Shown piece after piece: positions 14,601 through 26,000 of a stretch of 64,000 nt of DNA. This DNA comes from Antedon mediterranea (lineage: Eukaryota > Animalia > Echinodermata), in assembly GCF_964355755.1 (NCBI RefSeq), contig NC_092675.1, forward strand, positions 22,540,912 through 22,604,911. Reading direction: 5' to 3'. The notes under the pieces were generated by a model. It did no database searches and was not told where the DNA came from. It saw only the letters and a program-made list of their open reading frames with translations. Positions within the stretch are counted from its first letter, which is position 1; every line of letters begins with the position of its first letter. The translations under genes were made by a program, and so were the position numbers.

Positions 14601-17376
14601 GTGATTAAGTTTGCCCTGCGTGTACTTTTCCAAACGACCGCTAGGTAACGAATCGCAACTATACATAGCCAGCCAATCCCGGATCAGGGATCGCTGTTTT
14701 CATTCAATTAAACCTGGTGATTGGATGTGATGTGGATGACATAACCACTAGCCAATCACCAGGCACTACAATTTAAATATAATCACATCGATAATTAAGG
14801 AGATTTATGAAGAAACCACTGCTTAGCCATATATTAAAAACACGATTGTTGGTCAAATGCATAATTTAATATTCTATAGATTAACGCAATTTTTAATGAC
14901 AGAAGATGGCAGGCAAATAATGATAATTCAAATATAAAAATTGCATATTTTATTAATATTACCAACTACTTAAAATTACCAGTCGTAAGAAAGTGAACTT
15001 TTCGTAGTCCGATTGTGATGAAACTAAAACAGAATTATTCAGCAATATATTTTTGTTGTCAATTAATCATCGACGCAGACATGTCAATAGAACATTCAGA
15101 CTGCGCATACGATTTCTACATGGTTACGTTTTGGTCTCAAAAAATGTAACAGTTGATTCGCAGCGTTTTACAGAGGGCCGCGGTTAGAGACACGGAGTTC
15201 AATGAGCGTGTTTGTTTGATTGGCAGCAGTGCTTTAGTATAGGCAAGCGCGTTGTAAAATCGTTTGATGTCACCGTCGATGCATATCCTTCTATTCTTTA
15301 ATCCATGGTTCACTGTACATAACACCTTTTCATTTCTATGTAGTATACAGCTGTTCTAATTTTCTCATTTTCCTTATTTTTAATAGATTGGTGGTATATT
15401 TGGAATGGCAGATTTTAATGCAGATACAATGACAGCAAAATTAGAAAGTATATTACCTATAATTCGCAGTGTAAATGAACAGTTCAAAAATCCAGTAAGT
15501 TATAAATGGCACTGTAGTTATACTATACTAGTATTAGTAGTAGTATACTAAATACCTTTTATTTATTGTCTGTGCTTAAATTTATGTACAGTTGTATTAA
15601 TAGTAGTGTTTCTTTGAGATTATTATTTGTATTCATGTTAAATGATAATTGTGTATGATTCTTTGTTCTATATTATTATTTTTTCCTTTTTTTAAAACCA
15701 TATTTAATGAGGGTGATCCATCCAGCAATTGCTGATCATTAGGGACCCTCAGGGAGAGGTTCACAAGACAAACATATACACAAGATGCTCTACATAAACA
15801 AAGTCTTATTACAAGTCTTTGGGAGTGGAGTTGTAATTTTGAAAAAAAATGTGACGAGACTTGAACCCAGGACCTTTGGAGTGGTAACCAAGCATCATAA
15901 CCACCAAGCCACAACTCCACTCCACTTCCTGTTTGTTTCGTGGCAATAAAACAAATCTAGGTGTCTATATAAAGTTATGATGATAGTAATATTCTCTGAC
16001 TGTTTGATGCCACAGTAGATCCTGACCTGACCTCCTAATAAACAAACATTTTGGTACCATTTCTGTTATAGGATCAAACAACTTTTGTATGTGTATGTAT
16101 AGCAGAGTTTTTATCATTGTATGAGACTGAAAGATTGGTGCAAGAATTGACCAAATTTGGTATTGATACGCATAATATTATAGTGAACCAACTCATATTT
16201 CCCAACAATCCTATGACAGCATCAAACTGTAGGATATGTCAATCCAGGATCAAACTACAGGCTAAGTATCTAGACCAGGTGAGTGAATACCGTAAATCTT
16301 CTAATTGTAACCCTTTGATTGTTTTTTAGGATGGGTTACTATTAGAAGGGGGTTACTATTAGAGTAGTGGGTTACTATTAGAGTAGTGGGTTACTATTAG
16401 AGTAGTGGGTTACTATTAGAGTAGTGGGTTACTATTAGAGTAGTGGGTTACTATTACTAATCTTAAATTAGGCACCTGACAATAGTAACCCATCCCACAA
16501 CTCATAGCAAAATAATAAAACAGTACGAATAAACAAATTTGGTTGAACTCTAACTTTATTTTCTAAACTCAAAAACACTCGATCCTCCCCCACTTCCGAG
16601 AATAACATGCATTATCTCCTTATTTTCAAAATACTGCTGCATCATTCATAAGTTTTAAAACCCCCATGGGTTACTATTAGAGTAGTGGGTTATTATTATT
16701 ATAGATTGACTTATAAGGTGGGTTACTATTAGAAGATTTACGGTATATTTTGCATTAAAGACGTACTGTATACTAAAAATTCTTTCTCGCTGAACTTTTT
16801 TAAATAAATTTATTTATTTGGGTATAAAAATTTAAAAGTAGCCATATGATGTGTATTTACAAACAAAAGTATTGTACAATTTAAATTACAATAAAAAATG
16901 CAATAAAAATGAATAAAAAGGTACAACAATATCGCTCTGTATGTAGCTTTTGTCTCTGTCTTTTTTAATGACCTAGTCTCGGGTCTAGCTTTTGACAGAT
17001 TATTATATAAAAGTTACTTTGGAATTTCAGTAGGTTATAGTGTTATGAATATTTTGTATTTATTGAAAGCCTGAAAACGTAAAATTGTAATGCTTTCTTT
17101 TTTTTTTCATACGCATCCAACAGCGGGTAACTTTTTAATCACAATTACAGGATGGATAAACTATTTAATAATTTATCATGCTTCAACTCATAAACATCAA
17201 TCAATCTAGTATGTATGTAGTATGCAATCTAATCAAAATGCTTTCGTTTATTTCAGATTAATGATTTATACGAAGATTTTAATGTTACAAAATTACCTCT
17301 TCAAGAGTTAGAGATTAGAGGGAACGAAAAAGTGCGAGCCTTCTCAGAAAAACTGTACACACCAACTACATTTTAA
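8641..17376 (+). CDS. GET3: ATPase GET3/ASNA1 (TRC40), 7 exons, ~341 aa
   Basis: Exons 8641-8783, 10011-10216, 10730-10820, 11371-11521, 15387-15494, 16072-16278, 17257-17376 (1026 nt, phase-consistent). Motifs: [56 protein letters not shown], CxxC (CRIC). Confidence 0.97.
8971..9773. mobile_element. Non-autonomous DNA transposon with TGT...ACA termini and 4-bp TSD (Ginger-like), carrying TTGCGCAA arrays
   Basis: TIR TGTTATGCGCGATTTGAACGATTTGCGCAATTTGAAATTGCGCAAAA matches the reverse complement ending at 9773. CTTA flanks both ends (8967-8970, 9774-9777). Confidence 0.8.
11005..11260 (+). mobile_element. Diverged tRNA-derived CORE-like SINE with L2-type tail (same family as 47031-47352)
   Basis: Colinear with the reverse complement of 47050-47340: GGCAAGATA..TTGCCTC..CCAGGTGTA.AAATG..TACC, CACAACT..GCGCTG, and a CTTTGAG..CGCTATAT tail. 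Confidence 0.6.
11537..12030. mobile_element. MITE with GGG...CCC termini, TA-flanked
   Basis: GGGAGGTTTCGCAA.CTTACGA...AAAACGGATACGTCAC matches the reverse complement at ~11978-12030; TA on both sides. Confidence 0.8.
11560..15030. repeat. 1731-bp near-perfect tandem duplication in GET3 intron 4
   Basis: 11560-13290 repeats at 13291-15021 with only 2 substitutions seen; 9-bp microhomology AACTAAAAC at 11560, 13291 and 15022. Confidence 0.95.
13983..15307. mobile_element. P-superfamily-like non-autonomous element, CATGG...CCATG, 7-bp TSD
   Basis: 34-bp TIR CATGGATTAAAGAATAGAAGGATATGCATCGACG and its reverse complement ending at 15307; GTTCACT on both sides. A duplicate left end sits at 12252. 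Confidence 0.8.
15697..15924 (-). mobile_element. tRNA-derived SINE, family A
   Basis: Reverse complement carries A-box TGGCTTGGTGG and B-box GGTTCAAGTC; near-identical to 27157-27400. Confidence 0.85.
16290..16743. mobile_element. Tc1/mariner-type MITE (CCGTA...TACGG, TA TSD) with internal 19-bp minisatellite
   Basis: TIR CCGTAAATCTTCTAAT.GTAACCC. Internal (GGGTTACTATTAGAGTAGT)n at ~16333-16456 reuses the TIR motif. Confidence 0.85.
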
Positions 17377-17726
17377 ATACTGCTGTTATTGTGAATGATT
17401 AACTCATTTTTTTAGTTTATTTTTTACCTCGTTCAAAATCCTGCCATTGTTATCACTAAAACATTGTACCTGTAGAAGAAGTTTATTGAAGGTAATATTA
17501 GCACAAGCTAAAACCATGTTTATAATAATAATCACACTGAATATGACTGGTTTGAGGGTCATAGTTCAAATTATAACTCAAGGTAATATAGAGACTGTGT
17601 TAGTCTATAATATCCCGAGGTGAATTTTGGACATATGAATAATTTAAGTCCATATGCAGAGTTCTATTACTATGTACGTACGTAAATTACAATAAATACT
17701 ATGGAAATCTACAAACTACACAAAAA

Positions 17727-18407
17727 AACTAGAAAGACACTCCGAGAGTGCATACCTCCGCCTACTGTAAAATTCTCCTACATAAGATTTCTCCGGTAAA
17801 AAAGAAATATATATATATTTGTGTGTGTCTTAATGCTGTTTCTGATTTAGGCTAATTTAAATACAAGCATGTGTATGCGAGTTTGGTGTAATGGTTATAT
17901 TGTAACAAGCCTTTCAACAACAATAGCTTCAGTTGACTAACAATAGAACAGCAACGCGAAAATCAAACGAGTGAATTTGAAAAGAAATAGGTTATTTTAA
18001 ACTACTCGCATCAAAAAACGTGCACATTAAATAAAATTATGTTTTAAAATTACAAATCAGAAATTATAACTCTTGCCTCTTGTACAAAAATGAAGTTTTT
18101 TGGACAAGTAGTTTTCGAGAAAATGCAATTACAGTTTATTTGTTACTTTAAGACTGCTCGCCGGCTTTTGAAAAATTTTTTCCTATCTTTCAACACTAGC
18201 AGGTCTGAAAAGTATACTAAAAAGTGGTCCAGAATTGGGACCGTGTTCCGAAATGGTCCCAAAATTTAATGGAATGGTCCTTGACCACATATCTATCTGT
18301 ACATTCATTTTGGTAAAGACCTTGTAATTACTTTTTGAGTAATCCTGCTAACAAACAAACAAACAAACACATGCTACCGATTACATGTACCTCCTTGGCG
18401 GAGGTAA
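17727..18407 (+). mobile_element. Helentron-associated / DINE-1-like non-autonomous element
   Basis: 5' ACTAGAAAGACACTCCGAGAGTGCATACCTCCGCC, internal (ACAA)n near 18350-18369, and a 3' hairpin ACCTCC-TTGGC-GGAGGT complementary to the 5' ACCTCCGCC. Confidence 0.55.
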
Positions 18408-20420
18408 ATCAATTATAGGAACCTCCCAATAAAACGATAATAATATTTATGGATAAATCAATGAATATCCCACTTGCAGGGTTTTTCCCATCATACAAGC
18501 ATTATACGATTTCATGACACAGCCACTAAGCAACTACAGTGCACTGTTTAGTCAGAAAATAATTTTGCGCAGAATGACTGTTTGACGTGATGCGTATTTA
18601 CTATTTACTAGAGAAATTTGTTTTCAAGACTACTAATATTTAGCAACTAGAGAACTCTGCATATGTTTTACATACATCAATAGGTCACTGTTTTTTTTGC
18701 TGCAATAAAGCATATCGCTTTGTATTTATTTTGCCACTGCGCAATTCTAAGTTTGAAACATTTACTGCCATTGCACATTGTTATTTCTTCAAACTAACTT
18801 ATTTTAAACTGGCTGTTGGAACAGGCTAAACTTTGCTGATGATTGTAAATTCTGCCAATTTAAATCTGTTCTATATTCTATCCATTTTTGTTCATACATC
18901 ATCTAAAGAAAGACCATGTCATGTTGACCATACATTATGTACCTTCTCTTAATAATACAAGCTAACCATTGATTCTGCTGGTGGGTAAACACTATTCTAT
19001 GGAAATATACCACGTCTATTAACAAATAGATGGTTTGAATAGTGGTGGATCTAGGATTTTGAAATTAGGGGGCTTAGGGCCAGACTCTAAACATTGTAAA
19101 ATTAAGTTAACTTAACACAATGTTTGCTTTATTTTACATATGTATAGAAATGCAAATTAGTTTAGATTTGACTATTTTTGCATATCATTTGTTTGACCCT
19201 GTGCTAAGTTTTTCATTAGTTATGTGCTGACTATGGTGCTGTGCAATACATTGTCACGTTTGATTTAACATTTTTATTTGTTAACCTTGTTTAATGAGGC
19301 TGGCTCAAAACATATGCTGACAATCAAAGGGCCCTTGCAAAAACACAATAAAACCAATCAGGAGGTGGATCCATCCATGTTAATTCATAATTATTTATTT
19401 TTATTAATAGTTATACAATTTGTATTAAATATAGATTATATAGGGATAAAAAAGTTATAGCACATAAAAAATGTCCTAGATTTTACAATTTTAAGTATAA
19501 TCGTCAAATTTTAACTATAAATTGAAATAAAAAATATTCGAACATTTTGAAAAATAAAAATGTATTAATAAATGGTTATTGTGAGGAATACTGTCAATAT
19601 ACGTCAACAATTTAGTGCACTGAGATGAATTTGAGGTTTACAAAAATGTATATCATACTTAAAATTCAGCTACATGTGTAATTGTGAATTATAACAGCAT
19701 ACAAATATTTGTCTTAGACACCTAATCATCAAATTGTTTGCAAAGTGAGATCATCTTCCAAATATGGTCATGTTTTAAATACTGTAATAATAATGTATTC
19801 ATTTATATAGCATAATTCCATATGTGAAAATGATGCTTTCAGATTTATTAGCCGTGTATTTTGATCAAACACATGGAAATATGTACACACATTGAAGCTA
19901 GTATTTAGTAATCTAGATGAAAATTGGTTAGCAATACTGTAGTCTGATTTTGCATTGGTATCTGCTATACATTTAATATTATACTAAAGTTTATATAAAT
20001 AATTTGTTTTTTTTGTAGTTAAATTGGTTTTATAAGTGGTACAGGGAATATTTTGTTTATTTAATTGTTGTTCTTTTTTTTTACATATAGGAAAGCTACT
20101 TTGTTGGTATTAATAATTTACCTATTTAAAATTTATATTATGTGAAAAGAATAAATTGTAGAGTACATTTCTTTTTTTTTCACACCTATTTCTTACACAA
20201 TGTTAACAAATCTGTTTTACAAAAATAAAGATTTTGTTTTTATTGATATTTTTCACTAAAATCTTTTGTTTCACCTCACTCCTTTCCCATGCAACCACTT
20301 TTTAAAAGTATAAAGTACAACAAATATATTATGTCAATTTTTGTTTATGTTGTGGGAGATTATTGCACAAATTTATATAAATTTTATATAGATTATTGCA
20401 CAAATTTATATAAAAAACGA

Positions 20421-20458
20421 TGCACTGATGAAGGACTAGTGTTGCCCGAAAGCTCTGC
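20421..20458 (+). ncRNA. Minimal type I hammerhead ribozyme motif (Penelope-like element pLTR)
   Basis: GCA-CTGATGA-AGGACTAGTGTTGCCC-GAAA-GC-TC-TGC: conserved core boxes, palindromic AGCT stem III, UC cleavage site and short stem I. Confidence 0.6.
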
Positions 20459-20849
20459 TAACTTTTCTGGCTGTTTACTAATATCGTTTTTAATTAAGCT
20501 TTTTATTTTTGTATCTCCATTGAGATCCAGCCACTGATACCCACAGCATTGTTATTTTTTTCAGTAATTTGCCTTTGGATATTTAGAATATAAAAAGTAT
20601 GCAAAACCACTTCATGTTGGTCTCCCATAATATGATAAATATGAATGATAAAATATGTTTGCTACAATACTTGTATATCAATAATAAATTAATGTGTTGT
20701 ACTGCCATAATTATGGAAATCGGTAGAAAATAAATTAATAAATGTCTGATATGATATATGATAACTAATTTGTCAAAACAAAGATTTAGTGATAGCGCCA
20801 TCTATAATTATGCTGATCAACATAAATAATGATTATGGGCGCATGGCGT

Positions 20850-21019
20850 AAGCCAATCATTTATGCTAATAAGCCATCCTTTGATGATGCTGATTGTTGC
20901 CTGACACAGTATTATAAAACGAACAGTTTCGCCGACGGAGAGAGATTATACTCAATATTGTTTGTGAAATAACTGTCACATTGTTTTTTTGGACATTACT
21001 AATTAATAAATAAATACAG
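20850..21019 (+). promoter_or_regulatory. Probable Rab3 promoter and non-coding exon 1
   Basis: CCAAT at 20853, TATAAAA at 20913-20919, CpG-containing flank, strong donor CAG|GTAAGT at 21019/21020. The Rab3 ATG directly follows an acceptor (TTTACAG|ATG at 23033/23034), so an upstream exon is required. Confidence 0.6.
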
Positions 21020-23033
21020 GTAAGTGGAACTTTATAATATCAATAATCATCATCCGTTTCCGAAATCCGAATCGATGCCGTATGGTGGTGGTCGAGGGAG
21101 GAGGTAGCGGTGTGTGGTGCCTTACTTCCGCCCACCGACAAACTAATGTCAGGTTGCACTTACTAAAAAAAAAAAATATTGATGGGTTTCAGGTGGGTAC
21201 TAATTGAAAATTCCTGTTTTTAGACTTTTAAGTCGTTCTAAAATTCTGTTAACTGACGTTCAAACATTCAACTAATGATGAAAAAAATCGTTTAAAATTT
21301 GTATAGTGACAGCATGGTATTCTTTACCTCGAATGACCTTATTGACGGTGCATTCATTATGTATGATTAGACCTTATTTCCATATTTAATAATGCTAGGC
21401 CAGACTTAATGCGAGAACACTGGAGTGGCCGATAAAAGCAAATCGATCAACCGCGTCCTTTCAATAAGGCTGATAAGAAACTATTTTAACAAGAGCTTTA
21501 GTAAACTGAACAAGCTAATATTTTTAGAGGTGTAGTTTTTATAAGAAATAGAATATTTGAAGAATTTTTCTACAAATGAGACACGAGGCAGGACTTCAGG
21601 TTTGTTATTGATTGGTTGACGGTTGATGCAAGACATAATTAGTTGTGTTCATTGACATAATTTGTGTTTTTTTATCTTTAAGATAATGTCAAGATTGGCT
21701 ATTTTAATGTTTCATACTATTTAGATTTTTATCGTGACTTAGAAATTTTCAAAACAGGTTGATGTAGTGGTTTAAACAACTAATGACAATGTATGCATAA
21801 ATTAAATAATATTAATTTGTGTGGAATTTATTATTATAAAAATTATTAAATATTTATTAGCCAGTAAAAGATTTTTAAAAATGTAGCATATGTGTTGAGT
21901 AAAAGAGAGTGAAAGTAGTTTAATTAGGTTGAAATAATTGTTCACATGGATTTGTGACATAACATTCACAATGCTAATTAACATAGTGTAATTCATTATA
22001 ATACAAACAAGGCCTGTAATGTATTTTGCAGAATGTAAATTTATTGACTCTGTTCGGCTTATTTTGTTTTATTGTATTCAATTGTTCTGTAAGGTAATAA
22101 TTATTTTAAAATAATTACTATAGGTCATTAAAATTGAGAATTTAAATGTGCTTTATAAAACAATTCATAGGAGAGATATTGAATATTGCAATTGTTTGTG
22201 GATAATTGATTTTCGAACAATACAGACTTAAATACTTAATTAAAAAATGTGGCACCTGGTAACTGTACAGTACTTCTTAAACAAAGCACTTGAAAATGTT
22301 TGCCAATTTATTAGAAGGATGGAATAATAACATTAAAAAAAATATCATTTGGTTTTAGAGACAGATTTAAAGGAAACAATGTCTAAATAACAGAGTTCAT
22401 TCTGTTGTAAATGTTTGTTTAAAATGCAGACACTATCAGGAAAAGAATTGAAAAGGGTTTGATGGGCTAGGCTTCTTACATTATACAGTAGGCAGATTTC
22501 AGTCTTTTCGAGAGGATAAACTGTCACCTGAATGTGACAAGTGGTAGATATCGTCTGAACGATAACTTCTCTCCTTCCTTCCACAAGCCATTAAACTTTT
22601 TAAAAAAAATTGCAAATGATGAAAATTATAAGTGAAATATACTGTAAATAGTTAATGATTTTTATTGTTTTTATATATCAAATATGATTAAATCAAATAA
22701 TTATTTTTATACCTCCCCCTGTTTAAAAATAGTAATGTAGTTTCAATTGTTATTTTGTAATTTTTAATGCAAGCAATGGAATTTCCAGAAATGGATGAGA
22801 ATACAATTTGAATCTGACTCTTCGAGGGTTGACTAATAATAAATGTTGATACTTTTTGTGTACTGTATATTTGAAATATTAAGAGATTATGTAATTAGCC
22901 AAGCAAGAGAGGACGCTATAATAAAACAGGCGTGCTGCCCATACTGTATATATAGTATTAAAACAATGGATAATAACCACAGGCACATTTCAAAACGTAA
23001 ATAAATTTCAATTTACATTATTATTTTTTACAG

Positions 23034-26000
23034 ATGGCTTCAGCATCAATGGATAACAAATGGCAAAAAGATGCAGCAGATCAGAACTTTGATTATATGT
23101 TTAAATTATTGATCATCGGAAACAGCAGTGTCGGTAAAACATCATTTTTATTCCGGTACGCAGACGACACATTTACGTCGGCGTTCGTCAGTACTGTTGG
23201 AATAGATTTTAAAGTCAAAACAGTCTTCAGAAATGACAAACGAGTAAAGCTACAAATATGGGTAAGTGTGATTTTTAATGAAGGAAAAAAAAATGTAATC
23301 CCTCGGGTTTTGTATGATCATAACCTATATACAACTTATATTGTGTACAGTTTCAAAATAAGCTTAACTTTTCTGTTTCTGATTGTCTGAGGTAAATATC
23401 AGTAAGCGGGCATGAGAGCTATTATAGTGATTTTATTGCTTTAGCTTGTCTCCTTAAACCAGTTTTCAACTATGAATCAAATGTTTCGCAGAGGAATAAA
23501 AACGTGCTACCCTTTCCACTTACAAGATTTGGATTGTGAGTCTGCTGACTTTTTCGATTCGCATGAGTGCTCATGAACACGCCCATAACTCATTTCCTGA
23601 CCAGTGGTTGGTTGCGCAATTTTTCGCTTAGAAAAAACGTAGCTACTGTATTAAATTTGTAAATTATTTAAAATATTATTTTCGAAACTAGAATACATCG
23701 CAGAAAAGGATTTGGAAAGTGAAAATATGAATACATGCGTAAATTTACAATTATGTTTGGTTCGTGCCAACAAATTCACCTCTAGTGGAAAACAGATTTT
23801 ATAACCTCCCGTCTTGTTTTTCATTTCTGTTTTTTAATTGACTTTGAAACAAAGACAAAAAATGCCTTTAGTACAGGGGGATACTATTATTAATTTTGTA
23901 TAAGCCCTTTCTTCTTTTTCAACTCTGCATTACATGGCAAGGTATAGTATACTGCTGCAAGATGCAAGTACAATCTTACTTTTACAAAGTGCAGCTTGAG
24001 ACCTTCTGTACATGTAGAAGATACACCAAACCAGTCTCCATTTGTTACTACTGCGCTGAGTAGTTACTCATGTCGTGTACATTATGAGTCATGTTATGGC
24101 TCATTTGTTTTGCTGTTCAACTCAACAATTTATCACTGAGAAATTACAATTTATATTGCATCATGAACTTAATCATGAAATCGTAAAAGAGCACATAGCA
24201 CGGTATTAAAAATAACTATACAACTTATTACTAAAGTTAGGTTGAGAATGTCTTGATGTTTCGGTCATTCTACAATTGCTGGAAAATGCTAGGCTTGGTA
24301 CAGTACAGTAAAGTCACACACTAAAGGTGATTGATCATTACACGACAGATAGGGTGCATACTAAAGCCAAACCAGGCAACAACCGAAATGCCATTCTCAA
24401 ATTTATTTTCATAAAGGCCAATTGACCTAGCGGTAACGATAAGCGGTAGATACCGCATAGCTTGTCCCATGTATAATCTGTATCTATCCTGAGTGGAAAC
24501 TGCGCGGCCTGTCTGCTCCGCGTTGTTTGTAAGTGTGATCATAAGGAATAACATAGATTCTATATTTTTATTACTGTTACTGCTCGTCTGTGTAAATTGG
24601 TCGTAATTACCACAAACCTACAGTACAGTTGATATCCTGTACTGTCTTTGACTATACAGGTTTAGGCATGCATCAGTTAAATTTTAAAGTGACTAAATCG
24701 AGGTCTTCTAAATTTGTATGCTCCATTCACCAATAACAATGCACACATTTTACAGACCAAAATCTGACAAAAGCTTGAAAGCCAAGTTTAAACCCACAAA
24801 ATGCTTTCATTTTATAGTTTGCATTTCACAGTACTAATTGATATAATAATAGTCGAAGGCAAGGTCCTTCTAGATTATGAAGTAACCAAATAAACTTTTT
24901 AAATGTTTTAGAAATAGGATTATTAACATTAAATATTTTTTGAAATTTATAAAGCACAAAAATAAGTTTCAAAGTGCTATGAAAACAAGTGAAGGGGGAC
25001 AAGAAGGCCAAAATACAGTATAGTTAATGCCAGAACCCAAACCAAAGTACTAATTTTAGTTAGTTAAAATTTTTTCAAATGCATGACAAGAAATGCCCCT
25101 TTCTCCTTCGTTTCATACTGTAAGACCTACATTGTTGTTATCACATGATATCAGATGGCAATTAAGGCTGTAGTATGTAACCAGCACAAAAATTGATTGC
25201 AGCTTCCAACAAAGAATAATAAAGTCTTGCAATATGTTTTATGGTGTTGATAATAATAATTCATTGGCTCAAGGTTTTTCTAACCAAAAAAAAAAGATTG
25301 TTCTTTTAGGTACTACCTCTTTTTTTATCTTATATTACCTGTTTTTATCTTGGTGGTCAGTGGCTGGACACTACAAAAATAAAAATAATTTATTTCTGTA
25401 AAGCTCATCAATTTGTGTGACAAAAATGTAATGTGCCCCTGATGATATAGTGTACAGTATACTACCATAATTTGGCACATCAAACTAGTGTAGAACTTTA
25501 GAACGTAAAAAAAGAGGATAATGTCTAATGAGACTAGAGACTATAATAAATAACGCTTTCATTCAGTTTCACATTCAATTTTGAGAAAACATCAGAGTTT
25601 ATACAGAGTGATAATGTAGACCATTCGCATTTAAACAAGGAAACCAATTTTTAGCAATTACAAGACAAATCTTTACTGTATGTATGCAGGGCATCACGTA
25701 TGCAAAACCCACGAGAGCAACAAATCGCTCTCCTCAAATCACCGAGGAGAGCAATTCGCTCTCCTTGCAAAAATTTTAAATCGCTCTCCTCAAATATTTA
25801 TGTTGAAGTTGAAGGATGGTCGCCCCCCCCCCCCCCCCGGGCACAACAAATGTATACTGTACCTCTCCCCTAAAATCCCCCACACCCACCTTTACACACA
25901 ATATTTTCCGTGGGGATCGTATTATTCTACAGTACAAAAAACTCAAGCCAATTTTTTTTTATGGCCTGCCTGGGTAGATTGGGTTTCAGGAGCCTGGAGA

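Noticed and set aside
16333-16456. Regular short repeats resembling a CRISPR array
   Set aside because: No unique spacers; a head-to-tail 19-bp minisatellite inside a MITE in a eukaryotic intron.
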